Shown here: positions 29,330 through 44,450 of the stretch, piece after piece
Layout: each line of letters begins with the position of its first letter
How positions within the stretch are numbered: position 1 is the stretch's first letter
NCBI GenBank assembly: GCA_964016885.1
Contig: OZ024745.1
Span: forward strand, 55,180,001-55,244,000
DNA from: Eledone cirrhosa
Lineage: Eukaryota
Length of the DNA: 64,000 nucleotides
Direction: 5' to 3'
The notes under the pieces: generated by a model
Database searches by the model: none
The model's input: the letters and a program-made list of their open reading frames with translations, nothing else
Told to the model about the DNA's origin: nothing
Program-made: the position numbers and the translations under genes

Positions 29330-30040
29330 CGCTTGGAAAGTTTTACCAATTTTATGGTGACAACTGCTGAATAATTTGTTTTTTTTTTGTTGATTAAATT
29401 GACATAATTTGTAATTATCTGTAAAGTCTCGAAGTTACAAAGATTGCAATTTCGCGAAATAGTTGTGATCTGATAGGAATTGGTTTTCTTTAACTTGGTC
29501 CAAAGATGGAGTATTTAGTATTATTGTCCTTTAAAGACCCTATTAATTGTGAAAGTGAAGTTGAAAATTTCTTATCTGGTTTAATAAAAGACTGTCTATG
29601 ATTGTACCAACGTTCCTTAAATTTAGATGAAGTGGCACCAATATAGTTATATATATTATTATTTGTCTTAATGGTACATTTATATACTATATTCTTGTCA
29701 AAGCAATTATTTTGTAAAGGAGATTCGGACTCTTTCTACAATTTCATTTCTTCTCAATGTTATTTCCAGACCTTAAACTATTCTCATTATTGTTTACAGG
29801 TGTTCTACTAATATTCATATTTAAACTATTAGTGTTATTCTCGTTAACTAATGTATTGTTATTATTATTGTTCTTATTACTAATTATATATTGGTTTAAA
29901 TTAAGATTTTTAGTATTTATTTTTGCGATCTTTCATTTGTTAATATTTTGAATAATATTAAAAACTCCAGGAAAGTGTTCTTGTTGAGCGCTTTTAATCT
30001 ATTGTAAAATTGTATTCAATGAGTAATCAACGAACCATAT
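29330..30040 (-). pseudogene. PLE-7: decayed GIY-YIG endonuclease fragment
   Basis: LQNNCFDKNIVYKCTIKTNNNIYNYIGATSSKFKERWYNHRQSF..STSLSQL; CNLCNFE; close to the PLE-3 endonuclease. Confidence 0.8.
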
Positions 30041-30051
30041 TAATCTTTGGT

Positions 30052-30112
<61 letters not shown>

Positions 30113-30341
30113 ATATATGTACGTTTTCACACGTACATACATGAGTATATATGTATCTGTACAGTGACCTGTGCACTAATAATAACATATATTACGTTTT
30201 TATATACACCAAACGAGTCTGTGAGCATGTAGATATGGGCATATATTTATGTCTGTCCCTGTCGCTTCTCTAAATGAGAATATGTGTAGTTGTGTAGCTT
30301 CTCTAAATGACCCACCATTATTATATTAATGTTGTAATATA

Positions 30342-30385
<44 letters not shown>

Positions 30386-30447
30386 CAAATGAATGAATGA
30401 ATGAAAGAGTTACAAGCCGTTAAAATAAGCCCTTTACATTGCTCATA

Positions 30448-30476
30448 TACATGTTTCGCCCAGAAGGGCTGTTCAG
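30448..30476 (-). ncRNA. Degenerate minimal HHR
   Basis: CTGAACA-gccc ttct gggc-GAAA-catg-TA; G8 not canonical. Confidence 0.45.
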
Positions 30477-30520
30477 AGAGGCAGAAGTTCTTATGATTAT
30501 ATCAGTAACTACAGACCCCC

Positions 30521-30567
<47 letters not shown>

Positions 30568-30877
30568 ACATCTTTATATTTTATATATATATGAATGTAT
30601 ATATAGTGTATATTGCATATATGCTGCAACCGTTCACGATGTCGCTCAATGAAGAAGTAATAAATTAAATAATCAGAGCAATATATCATATATTATGTCC
30701 TTAGAATTATTAGATAAAATATATACAATTTCCTGCCCCAATTACCATAATTAACCATACAAAAAATCAATTAGTCCAGGCTATAAGGATAAAGGTTCCT
30801 CTGAAGAAATATTAGATAAGTAACCGAAAGCAGCCTCTTCGCGGTTGACCACATAAATTATGATATCTATATATATA

Positions 30878-31068
30878 TAACGAAGGAAATGTGGTAAGGA
30901 ACCAGGTGGACCATAACGCACCAAAGTACTCAATACTTAGAGTAGTAGAGTGGGTAATAGGAACGAGTAGGACTCCGACGGCTGAGCTCAAGCCGTTTCG
31001 ACGGCTTTAGTCCAGAATTAGCCGACGAAACGGCTTGAGCTCAACCGTAGGTGTCCTACTCGTTCCTA
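30878..31068. mobile_element. Family E mini-palindrome (arms 30958-31006 and 31020-31068) with left-side tail
   Basis: Direct reverse complementarity; homologous to the termini of 60917-62340, including the same tail. Confidence 0.85.
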
Positions 31069-31094
31069 TATATATATATATATATATATATATA

Positions 31095-31328
31095 CTAGCA
31101 GAATGGCCCGGCGTTGCTCGGGACTTGCTCTGGGGTTCTTATATATTTGATATATATTTATCCTTATCGAGCCTCGTGAAATAAATACGTTTGTTTCTAT
31201 TTCGTTATTGTGTATGCAAACATATCTGTACACGAACAAATATTTATATATATAGTAATCCGAGTGATATATATATTGTCGCTGTTTCCTTTTTAGCCTG
31301 ATCTACTTGTTTTCTGCAAAATATTAGA
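31095..31328 (-). mobile_element. Non-autonomous mini-Helitron
   Basis: Minus strand: A|TCTAATAT... start, cccgagcaacgccggg hairpin then CTAG|T end. Confidence 0.7.
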
Positions 31329-32736
31329 TATGTGGTTTCCTATGAAATAGGGACTGTGCAAGCACTCGGAGGTTTGGGACATTAAGCTTCAATCGCATGA
31401 TCATTATATTGTATATCGATTTCCTAATTCGGAATGGGATCTTTTCGTGAATAGTGGGTTCACTATTTCTAATGTTACCACTTATAAACATATTTTGAGT
31501 AGAAAAGGAAAAGGATTAATTATTTCATTCGGTATGAATCGTAGTTGTTTTTCATATTTACAGGAGCAGAAAGAATCATGATCACTTAATTAATTTCTGT
31601 TGTAACTTCTTTCGATTTGAGGTTTTCGAATATTTACTTTTATTTGTGTTTGCATTATATATCGTTCAATATGTACCGTTAAGCTAGGTACACTTTGTGT
31701 TGAAAAAGTCTACACGTGTTGTTATGTGAAGCTTTAGTATATTCTGAGAGAAAGAATGCACCTGTTTATATCCTAGCCGTCAATTATTATGTTATCATGA
31801 GAATGGTCGTGGTTCATATTTATGCAATTAACTGACGTATGTTAGCTGACTTATGTGTGTTATGTGTGGGTACATTTATATATAAAAATATATTAATTGA
31901 ATTTGGGACTATACCTGTATGAAATTTATTGCAGACAATAGTGGACCCTGGAGACTAAATAAGTATTAGAAAAGGTATGAATTATTCCGAAATGAAGCGA
32001 CATATTTCAGTGAATGAAAACCTAATTGATATTTAGACACAATCTAGTACATTAGATACATGCGTGTATAACCTCTGAGTGTCGGGAATATAGCGCTTTC
32101 ATTTACCGATATATATTTCGATATTAATTTTATTCCTCCCAGGACCACGAACTGAAATTAATCAAATGACTCTTCTCGTTTATCAACTGAGCTTTACCTT
32201 CCAATCATCATTATAATACAGTTGGATAGTTCAATTATTAATCTGCATTACGTTAGAAGCGACACCAATACCTTATAAAACTTTAAATATCTGTCTCTTA
32301 TTCTCTTTTATTTTCCCACTCTCGACTTCTACTTCCCTTTTGCTATGAATTGTATACATATATGTACTCACACTTATAGAGAAAAGAAATCATATCTACA
32401 CATAAACACATTGTCACACATCCATATAGATACCTGCACATACACCTCTATTTTCTTATACATTCATAAATACGTGTATTGCTATCTATCTCTATATATA
32501 TGTATATATGTATGTTTTTGTGTGTGATTGGGTTTCTGTTCAATAATGTCGAGCATTGGTACAAAGCTTCAATTTTTTTTAGTGAATGAGGGAACAGTTA
32601 TAATGTGAAAACAGTCGTATACACCGTTATGTATGATATATATATATATATATATATAAACACACACCTATATGTAAATGAGTATATTTGCCTGTGTATA
32701 TGTGTGCGAGTAATGAGCGTTGTGTTAGCGTATCTG

Positions 32737-32864
<128 letters not shown>

Positions 32865-33299
32865 GTGTACGTGTGCGTGCGCGCGTGTGTGTGTGCGTGT
32901 GGGTGGGTGTTTTAATTACCACAGAGTCAAATAATATATTGAGGGAAAATAATGAAAGTTAGCCCATGCAATTTTACTCTCAGTGAAACCTTATATACAC
33001 CACCGTAAAATACATATTTATTAAAGGCAATTTGACATGATATTAACAATTATATACAAATATATTTATAAAATATATTGATATTCATAAAAAGATCATT
33101 GAATAAATCTACCTATATTTGTCGTTGCATAAAACGGAAGAAAATAATTGTAAGCAATCTATCCTTAAAAGAATATTATGTAAACATTAAAAGATTAATT
33201 ATGACAAAAAATGTTTAATGCAATAATGGAGGTATGTGCAGAAGACAAACACGCTATCGTAAATTTGGTATTCATGCCCACGCTTACCTATAGTTATGA

Positions 33300-33760
33300 A
33301 TCGTGTCCATAGATTGCCCTAGTCACGGAATCATAAGCTTTCGTGAGGGCAGCAAAAGCCTGGTACAAATCCACGTGACCATTTGCAGTTGTTGAGCTGT
33401 GAAGATCATATCAATTGTGCCCCTACCGGTCCTACGGCCACATTGTGTCTCCCTAATCACTTAAGATTCACTTGATAAGCATATTAAGGAGAATGTATAG
33501 CCACTTCTTCAAGAATTATTATTCTGCAATAGTCGCCTAACACCGTATCTGGCCCCTTTGCCTTAGACAAGCAAAAAGGATCGTATAAATTCAGTCATGA
33601 GGAACAGGAGTAGCTGGCATAATATCAGAAATTATATTGCCACTGCAATTTGTCCACCGGCATGAAGCAAAACCTTCAGAGGAATGCCATCAGGACAAAG
33701 CACCTTCCAAGTATTAATATCTACTACAGTTCTTTGTTCCGACATCCCATGAAATTCATC
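33300..33760 (-). mobile_element. Decayed RTE-clade LINE reverse transcriptase remnant
   Basis: PDGIPLKV; KGKG; ETQCGRRTGRGTIDMIFTAQQLQ; DLYQAFAALTKAYDSV. Confidence 0.75.
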
Positions 33761-33844
33761 CAATTGAAGTAAGTTAATAATATACATAATCAGATATATA
33801 AATAAACATTCAGATCAGATCAGAGGCACTCAGTCGGTAATGAC

Positions 33845-33940
33845 AATGGGTTCCACAAGAGGATCATCGGAATAGCCTGCTCGTGAAATTAACGTGCATG
33901 TGGCTGAGCGTACTATAAACGTAGTTATGAGGGAGATTAT
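33845..33940. mobile_element. Fragment resembling a common octopus interspersed repeat/SINE
   Basis: gaatagcctgctcgtgaaattaacgtgcatgtggctgagc recalled from octopus repeats; not verified. Confidence 0.4.
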
Positions 33941-36900
33941 TGCGTAAATGAATATATTAATGCTGAGAAGTTAATATGCTCTGAAGGTGGGTGTTTATAT
34001 CGGTGATAAGTTGCAGTGTAATATATATTTCAGATTTGATTTTTGTTAGCAAGTTTAGCAATTTGGATTCAATATGGTCGCAATTTGTGTTGATATAATC
34101 TATTCCATCTGTGAGTGGTCTGCATTTTTCTTTACACATTTAAACATATTAGGTTTAATAAAACGGATGATGCCTCTTTCGAAACAATGTGTTCTCGAAT
34201 GTAATATGTCTCCTAATTTCAGCAGATTTGTCGATCAAATATATTTCCGATATCGCTGTAGTCATTTTCTAAGTGGAGACTAATTGGAAATTTAAAGAAA
34301 TTATATTATTTTATAATTTAGAAGTAAATGTTCACCTTTGATCGAGGCTCACTCTATTATACACGAGAGTATTAATACATGCGTTTTTGGTCTGTTTGAG
34401 TGGAGACAACTACAAATCTGATTGCGAATGCGTGAAGAGAATAAATAGATTCGTCTAATCTCAAATATTGAGATGTAAACAATTAGTTTTTATATGGTTA
34501 CTATTACCTTTATAAAATTGATCATAGGATGCACTAGTTTAAGGTACGATGATGGGTGCAGTACATATTTTTCACTTTAATCAATATTGTATGTTAAACA
34601 GTATTCCCTGTCATACCTCACCTCCAATGATGCTTTGTTTAGAATGGGAAGGAGCCTTACTTTCAAGTATCCGGTTGTATATTTCTTATATCATCGTAGA
34701 AAGTTTCTTGTTTGTGCTAATGCCTGAAGAATAATATCGAAATAAGAATGCAAATATATTTCATAGGGTAGTGTGATTTGGTGAGTTTCATGAATATAGA
34801 AGACTGTTATTTATTTACGACTAAATGATGAATTTCCATAGATAATATTTCCAATTTTGTGAAAGAAATTTCGAAGAAACTAAAAGCAAATTAAAATATT
34901 GAAAACATAGAGATTTAGCTAGAATAGGCAAAGTATATATGTTGTGAGAAGAATAAATGTAGACAGAGAAAGTATTCATATAAAGTGAGATTGTCGTTAT
35001 AATATTATCAGGTATTCGTGCAAATTTTACAAAGGCTATTCACAACTCTAATAATTAAGAACAAGTTGTAGCAAATATAAATATCCCTTCGATATAGATA
35101 AGATTCAATGAGCTATAATAACATTTGGTTAATCGATTAAAGTTATGTGCAGCAGATGTTAGGAAATGATAATCAACTAGAGCAGGAAGTATATTCAAAT
35201 TGTAAGAAGGTTTAATTGCCACATAATAAAACAACAAACTACTTCTATGTTCTCATCATAGTAATTGCAAATATATTTCTGTGTGCATGTTTCTGTGTCT
35301 GTATTTCTGTATCAATGTTTCTTCGTAATAATTTTGGTAATACATTCAACATGAATGATGAATACAGCGTAGTACATTATTTCGGGTGTAGCATTGTGAT
35401 AGATTACAATTGTGATCAGCTCAACCATCTATTATCAATTTATTTTATCGGAATAAGCTATTTGTATCAATCGCTTTCATTTGGTGACTTGCTTTTCTCA
35501 ATATATTGATCTACAGTTTTCTATGCTACTATGAATCACCATTTATTTGAAAATATTGTATCAAGTAGATGTCATATTTTTTTTAATAACTGACTGAAAT
35601 CTATTTCATAAAACTATTATTATCAAATACAATGTTCCAACTTTCACGGCATTCGGTAAACATCCATTTGTTTTAACGGATGTTGCACTAATTACGTGTG
35701 TTGATATTTCTTGTATAGTTGGCATTCACTTGGTGCCAATGAGAAACGAAAGCAATTAATTATTCGACAACAAAAGACTATCTTTTATATAGCACACACA
35801 AACGCATAGTCTTGGAATCCGCTTTATAAATTACAAAGGGAAATATGGAACGAAATGTGCTTAATAAAGATATTTTATAGATGAATGTTAAAAATTAAGG
35901 CAGTAAAATATGCCAGATATTAATAATATTCAATCTTTAAAATGTTCACGTGTCTACAAACCGACAAACCGGTGCGCTCTAAACCAGTATCTGCAAATTT
36001 GATTCACTTGTGTTTGCTGTATATTATCACAGAACTTAAGGAAACAATTTGTTTATGAAAATAATAGAAGTGATCAAAACATTATGAAGAGAAAATTCGA
36101 TTTCTTAACACTATTACACCTTTTGTACTATAACTCTGAAGTTAATAGATGTCAATTTAAGCAATATATATAAGTACACGAACGTTATATAAGTTCAGTT
36201 TTCTATCTTCGTGTGCTTTTAGAAACAGCCTGGATTTCAATTAGAAATTCTATTTGCTTCCCTGTTAATCTTAAGTAAAATTCTGTAGGCCATTGACATA
36301 TGTAATATGTAATATATTATGTTATATAGTATGTAATATATTACTGCACGGTTTAACAAAAGATGATATTGTATGTGTAACTTATTCGATAATTCTATAA
36401 TGAAATATAGATATATCGTTAAATAATTTGTATCGCAACGTAATGTCTGAACTTGCATATGTATGGGTGGCGTCTTTGTTATATTTATTGTACATACCTT
36501 TGAATATTGTCAAATAATCCTTAGTTATTCATTAATATATGTGAGCAGGAATTCTGCATGTCGTATCATTCACTTCGATTGATTCAAATATTAGTAAGTT
36601 TTAGATTCTTTTTCAAGAAATTGTCCAATCAATAATATTATGTTGGCATCTATTGCAAGGGAAATGATACGATATTTTATTCATAACCATACGAATAAGT
36701 TCAACGTAAAACTTGAGTTGAAAATGTGAAGGGAAATTCTTTACTGGTATAGCCATATTTTTAGATACAATTTATTTTTCACATACGCATGGGATTAATT
36801 ATTAAACACAGAATATTTCACAAAATCTGGCAATTAATAGACATATAATACTAACTGAAATAATGTAAAAAACTATCTATGAAGATATACTCATAATTAT

Positions 36901-37119
36901 GCATACAAAAAGAAAGCATGTTAAGGATTAACCATATTATGGACACGTCAGTCAATTATAAAAAATGGAATGCTGTCTAAGCGCATGTTTAATGCAGCAA
37001 TATTGTGCACTGTATATATATATATATATATATAATGAAAAATTGAACAGGGACAGAACAAAGAGGCAGTACGATAAATGTTTATTAAATTCATGCTCAG
37101 GAGAGTGGGGGGTAGGTGG

Positions 37120-37234
<115 letters not shown>

Positions 37235-37358
37235 CCAAAATGTACTCCATAGTTGGGATGGTAGAGTATGGTTATATTATATGAATGAGTCAAGATCCGG
37301 ACGACTGAGCACTTCTTTCAACAGCTGGCCTCAGACTGTTGAATCGGCAAGGATTCCG

Positions 37359-37460
<102 letters not shown>

Positions 37461-37470
37461 GCTCCCAAGT

Positions 37471-38052
<582 letters not shown>

Positions 38053-38538
38053 TTTCAAAGGGTCAAGAAATCAACTACAGTGTATTATTTTTCATCTTAA
38101 CATCATATGGGAAAAAAACAATCTGATTGGTTTGTTCTTCAGCTACCTCCAATAAGGTCATATAATTCAATTTACTACTAATTTACAAATAATTTTGAAT
38201 AAAATTCTCATTGCTTTTGACAACAGCTGGTGATATACATGTAAGTAAATATTTTCCTTATCTGATATTTTATAACTAACTTTACATAGATCGATAACGA
38301 AGTATGGTTATGATGTATTATCATCACCTAGAAACCATCGTAAAGTAGTGAAGTATATTTCTAATGACTTGAATTTTTATTTCATTGTTTTAACTTATAT
38401 CATGACTCTGTTTTCCTTTTAATGCATTATTGTTTTCAGGGGTTTATTTTAACCTACAACATTTTCAACATATGGATTCCATTGGGGTCTCCGTGCAGAT
38501 TGGACCTCACAACTTACCGTGGATATCTCTGTATATGT

Positions 38539-38611
<73 letters not shown>

Positions 38612-38617
<6 letters not shown>

Positions 38618-39578
38618 AAAGAATAGAGGTGTAACACACAAGTTATGATATATTGGTAAACGGAATAGAAAATGCTGACAAATTGTTCACAGTGAAAAAT
38701 ACTTTAATTTGGAATAATGGAGAATTAGTAATGGTATTGGTTAGTATTAAGTTTTGGTTTTAAGGTTTACCGGTTGCGCATTTCTAATGCTTTTCAAAAA
38801 TAATTTTGAGATAGAGCGTCCGTGATGTTTGCTCTGATCTGGTTAGTTTTGGGAATTCTACCTGTTTTTATGTTAAAAAAGTGGCTCCAGCGGTATTAAA
38901 ATAAGTTTTGCGCCAATTCGTATTGCAAACATTTTTGTGGTCAAAACAATTTTGATTGGTCGGTAGAGGTCATGTGAATGTAAAAAATTGATTTTGCGTC
39001 AAATGTAGGTTTGTGTCGGCTGACTGACCATCCCTCTACCACGAATTACTCTGCTACACACACACACACCCACTTGTCTCAAATAGGCATTTGAACTGTC
39101 AACAGTCTGCGGTTCGCACACACATCCCTGCTGACCATTATCACAACACGAACCTCTTTACTACTACTACTACACACACACACATATTTGTTGTGAAAGA
39201 CTTATCTCTCAGTCAGCCGAGACAAACCTACATTTGGCGCAAAATCAATTTTTGACATTCACATGACCTCTACCGACCAATCAAAATTGTTTTGACCACA
39301 AGAATTTTTGCAACACGAGTTGGCGCAAAACTTATATTAATACCGCTGGAGCCACTTTTTAACATAAAAACAGGTAGAATTCCCAAAACTAACCAGATCA
39401 GAGCAAACATCACGGACGCTCTATCTCAAAATTATTTTTGAAAAGCATTAGAAATGCGCAACCGGTAAAACTTAAAACCAAAACTTAATACTAACCAATA
39501 CCATTACTAATTCTCACTTATTCCTAATTAAACTATTTTTCACTGTGAACAATTTGTCAGCATTTTCTATTCCGTTTA

Positions 39579-39587
<9 letters not shown>
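38612..39587. mobile_element. Family F palindrome: arms 38648-39027 and 39209-39587, left tail 38612-38647, HHR-like motif in both arms
   Basis: Reverse-complement arms of about 380 bp; TTGAAAA-gcatt ag aaatgc-GCAA-ccgg-TA; (TA)n both sides. Confidence 0.9.
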
Positions 39588-39661
<74 letters not shown>

Positions 39662-40007
39662 TTATATTATATAAACACACACACATATATATATATATAT
39701 GTATGTGTGTCCGTGAGTTTCGGTATGTACATGTTTTAGTGTGTTGCGTATATTCTCAAATTAGCTTGCTGTAGCTTCATGATAAATCAGACAGATATTT
39801 TAGCATTAGCTTTTGCAATGCCAGCTAATGTAGTCGTTGTATTTATAAGTATTAACAAGTGTCCACTCTTCCGTTGTAAGTAATAGATGAGATATTGCAA
39901 ATCTACTCTCTTAATGTATATATCGTCAGCTGTTTCATACATATATGCTATTTAGCTATACTCTTACCCAGGCGTTTTTTCTACTATCTTTTCTCCGGTC
40001 GTTGCTG

Positions 40008-40049
40008 TCATACGTTTCTGATTGAGACTTACACCGGATTTTAAAAAAA

Positions 40050-40129
<80 letters not shown>

Positions 40130-40175
40130 TCACACTTTTTTTAAAAATCCGGTGCAAGTCTCAGTCAGATACGTA

Positions 40176-40178
<3 letters not shown>
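40008..40178. repeat. Short inverted pair (about 48-bp arms) around (TA)n
   Basis: tcatacgtttctgattgagacttacaccggatttt vs aaaatccggtgcaagtctcagtcagatacgtatga. Confidence 0.85.
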
Positions 40179-40258
<80 letters not shown>

Positions 40259-40319
40259 GTATATACATATATATTTAATTATTTATTTATGTATACATAT
40301 ATGTTATATATATATATAT

Positions 40320-40436
<117 letters not shown>

Positions 40437-40725
40437 GATATATATATACATGTATATATTTTATATATATATATACTAGCAGCTGAGCCGGTTGCACCCG
40501 GGGCCACTTTTTATTAAGTTAATAATTTGAAAATTATTATCGAAAGTTTATTATAAAGAAGCAGTATCAGGAAAAAAAATAGAAATATGCGCTTGGAGCC
40601 GGACGGCGTACAATGAGAAGTTGAGCGACGTGAAAAGCGTTGAGAGACGGAAAGGAATTACGGAAGCTTCAAAGGTGTTGTTGCAGTGCTTCTTTGTATT
40701 ACCCGGATTACCACAAATGTAGAGA

Positions 40726-42640
40726 TTATGTGGACTGCTGACGCGTGAATACCCGACCGTGGGTAAATACCCGCTGTGTCAGATTTAGGCCATCTACTTG
40801 CAGCGACTGGCCCTGTGCCTTGTTGATACTCATTGCAAAGCAGAGGTTTACGGGAAACTGCCGTCGCGTAAAATCAAATGGGACGTCAGAGGGACTAAGG
40901 CTTATGGGGGATAAAAACTTTGTCCCGCCAGCAGACGGTCCGCTTAGAATGTTTGTCTTAAGAATTCGTGTCCCAATTTTTTTGATGATCGGACGCGTCC
41001 CATTGCATAGTTCTGGTGGTTCCACGTTTCTTAGCAGCATAACTGGAACACCAACCTTCAGTCTAAGGTCATGAGTTGGAAGTCCGGGAGGTTGTTGACT
41101 GTTGAGTAATTGAATCGGATAGTTGACGGCGTTGTCAGCGTTTTTGTTGGTGTCAATTGACTTGAAGGAGACTTCACCTCCTGGTATCTGATCAAGCAGG
41201 TGTTGATTCATTGCGTCAACGGTGGCATTATGTGGTGCTAAAATAGCTCTCCCTTGCAGCCAGTTGTGATCAAGGAATCGTGCTTCGAGGTCTGGGAAAA
41301 CAGATGACATTTATTCCTCTATGCTTGATACAAATTTTCCAAACGGCAGACGGGTGTGCTGTTCATCGATTCCAGGTGTAGTCCCATTACCAACTTCCAG
41401 TAGCTGTTTTGAGAAATCCTCAGATTCTGCGTCGCCATGCACATGCACTCTCATGTTAGTAGTCAGGTTTAGTTTCTGGGCATACTGCCATAGGTAGGAA
41501 GACTTGATGCATGCGTTAACTTCGTCAGCTCTAGTGTCTCTAGTGTTTACAGAAGAGTCTGCCGAAAATCGCCAGCCTTCAGTACTGTCTCTCCACCCAT
41601 TAGGTGTGAATTTCGACGCAAGTCTTTGAGAGTTCGGTCTAGAGCCTCAATCGCTGCCTTGTGACTCATTGTAGCCTCGTCCCAAATGATTAAACAGCAC
41701 TCAGAAAGAAGGTATCATTTAGAGTCTCCACGATTTATTCTGCAGGTAGGATTCTCCTTCTTTGCAAGGTCCATAGGCAATTGGAATGCGGAGTGTGCCG
41801 TACGACCGCCGTGTAACAGTGTCGCCGCAATACCACTTTAGGTGACCGCTAAATCAAACTGCCTGTCTTTCCGCAGCTTCGCAAACAGTAGGTTTATGAG
41901 AAAGGTTTTTCCTGTTCCACCTGGAGCATCCAAGAAGAATAGCCGTCCCTCATTTGAATTGACACTGGCAAGAGTCTGAATTCATCTTGAGCAAACTTAT
42001 CTGTCAATTCCTTGATGTTGTAAGTCAACTCAAGCATGACATGAACTCCAGATCTAAAGCACCGTTTTTATGTACAGGTTGTTGCAAACCGAATTCTAAT
42101 ACACCGCCAACTCCAATAGATCTTAAACGTTTATCCATGTCAATGAGGGCCTCATTGTATACATTGGCGTTGTAATGAAAGTCAGCCGCTGGTGCCCTTG
42201 CTCGTACTCTACGCAGGATATCCTCTGACATGCTGTCCTTATGCGTTTCCCATAGCTTATGTGGCTCACCGACATTGCAGAACAGTAACATATTGCAAAA
42301 CAAACGACGCATTTCTCGTCGCATTTTACATTCAGCAGCTTCTGTCAATGCCATTTTCAGGTGGTTATCGTCCTCGAGTAGCACGCGCTTCACGCAAGCC
42401 TCCCTGTATGTGGAACAAATGTAGCCGTCTGAAAGTCTGAGGTCTGCAAATGACTTGGGTCCTTTGATTCGATGGAGCAGCATTCTCAAAAAAAGCATTC
42501 CTGTTGCTTCGGATGAACGTTGTACACACGTCCGCATTACTTTTGAATACACCTGACCAATTCTCAACTGCCTCCCCCTGTCGCCGCGATGCCAATTTTT
42601 GTTCGACCAAGTGAAGTAGGTTGGTACCTCGACGTAAAAG
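40726..42640 (-). pseudogene. Helitron RepHel C-terminal half (PIF1-family helicase), with stops and frameshifts
   Basis: KGPKSFADLR..TYREAC..LLEDD; FFLDAPGGTGKTFL; IIWDEATM; GDFRQT; LTTNMR; RAILAP; LKVGVPVMLLRN..LCNGTR; RRQFPVNLCFAMSINKAQGQSL. Confidence 0.93.
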
Positions 42641-42779
42641 TGGGTAAGTGCAAATTTATCTACAGAGCAAAGCTTAAAAAATGCTGTGAGAGTCGTCTCT
42701 GGTGGCTGTTGTGCAGCAAGTGTGGCGTTTTAGAAGAGGGGGAAATAATTAACCCCAGTATTAGAACAGGGGTTCGCAA

Positions 42780-43490
42780 TGTAAGGGTTTTATTTCTTTT
42801 GTTAAAAAATTGTGACGTTTTTCGGTTTGGCATTTCGTAAAATTCTACTACAGAATCGATTTCATAAAGCGGTACTGCATGATCGTTATAGAAGTATTTA
42901 AATTTAATATACAGCAGCTGTATTTGAAAAATGTAAATGAAACGTACTGTAGAAGGCAACAGTTTATTAACAGCGAAATAAACGTTGTCTTTGATATGTT
43001 ATTTTAAATAAGACAATGAATATTTTAAAAAAAACTGACTTAATTAACCAAAGGGCTTATAGATCCCATTCATTAAGTTTACAAAGAATATAAAAAAAAA
43101 ACTGAATTAATTAACTCGGCAACCAAACGGCTTATAGAGCCCATTCATTAAGTTTACATGCATGTATTCTTTAAACTTTTCCTTTGACTTTGAAAAATGC
43201 TACTTACTGTTAGTGGTGGTTAACATGTATTAGAATTAAAATAAAAATGATATCGGAAAAAACGTACCTGAGAACATGCCTCCCCTCTTCGCAATTTAAG
43301 GGTTTTATTTCTTTTGATGGAAAACAGTGACCGTTTTCGATTTGGCATTTCGAAAAATCGTACTGCAGAATCGATTTCATAAAACGGTACTGTATGTTAA
43401 CAGCGAAAGAACGTTGTGTTTGATATGTTATAAAAAAATTGATGAGTTTAAAAATGTGTATGACATTGTAAATAAGACAATGAATATTGA
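42780..43490. repeat. Diverged direct repeats in the Helitron 5' region (about 42780-43025 vs 43295-43490; 43027-43083 vs 43093-43158)
   Basis: Shared taagggttttatttcttt, cagaatcgatttcataaa, ggcttataga.cccattcattaagtttaca. Confidence 0.75.
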
Positions 43491-44053
43491 AAGCGACTAC
43501 GGAAAATAACTCATCCAAGTATTAGAACAGGGGGAAATAACTCACCGAAAGCGATAATAAATAGACCGTTTTGGGGCCCCAGGGAGCACATCTGTCAAGT
43601 TAAAGATTTGAAACCTTGTCTATTTGCTTCCTTGGCACTTTTAACATAGGTGTGCAAATTTTAATGTCCCAGTATGCTACCATTTAACCGTGCACAACTG
43701 AATTTCAACCACCACCCATTTCACAAATATATATTAGATATATACATACATACATTTATATATATATATATATATTTACACAGCCGTTAATCACCCCACG
43801 GTACATCAGTTTATATATATATTTTTTTCTTGTATCATGTTTTTTTTTTATTTGCGTAGACATATCTGTCTCCAGAAAAGTTACACTACTATTGACATTA
43901 TTATTATCATCATGATCATTCGTGCATGCTTATTGCACAGTCGCCATGTTTCAAATATCTCCAGTCTCTTCCGTCTGCCATATCTCGCGGTAATTTCGCT
44001 TTCTCTCAATACCCTTGCAGAATTTAGTGCTTTATAAAGGTTGAAGATTATAA

Positions 44054-44136
44054 TTCTTCTTCTTCTTCTTCTTCTTCTTCTTCTTCTTCTTCTTCTTCTT
44101 CTTCTTCTTCTTCTTCTTCTTCTTCTTCTTCTTCTT
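44054..44136. repeat. (TTC)n trinucleotide repeat
   Basis: Direct reading; gives spurious poly-E ORF. Confidence 0.95.
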
Positions 44137-44329
44137 TGTTTTTTGGTTTTTTCTGTTCTTTTCTTTTTTCATTTACTTTTTCTTTTTCTTCTTTTTTTCT
44201 TACCGTAGTTGTTGTTGCTGCTGTTGTTATTTTGTTGGATATCTGGACATTCCCATGCATCATTTTAGAGTGCTTTCCTGAATTAATTTTATATAATATA
44301 TACTTCATATTTTATCCGCGTATCTCTCA

Positions 44330-44450
44330 GTTCCCTTGTTGACCAGGCCCAGTTGCCCAGTTATAACTGGAATAGTGCTTGTCTTCATATCCCACTCATT
44401 TGGAAATCTATTTCATGGCATTTTTACTTTGAAAGTTTTTTTTTCAAATA
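44330..44450 (-). mobile_element. R4/Dong-like non-LTR retrotransposon restriction-like endonuclease C-terminal remnant
   Basis: Broken-frame KLSK*K..EI..EWDMKTSTIPVITGQLGLVNKG resembles KxxKYxxLxxEIxxxW...IPVVIGALG. Confidence 0.5.

Larger units (their letters stand above)
40476..43738 (-). mobile_element. Internally deleted Helitron with both termini
   Basis: 5' A|TCTAATATATATTTG at 43738; 3' ccgggtgcaaccgg hairpin then CTAG|T at 40476; RepHel remnants inside. Confidence 0.9.
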
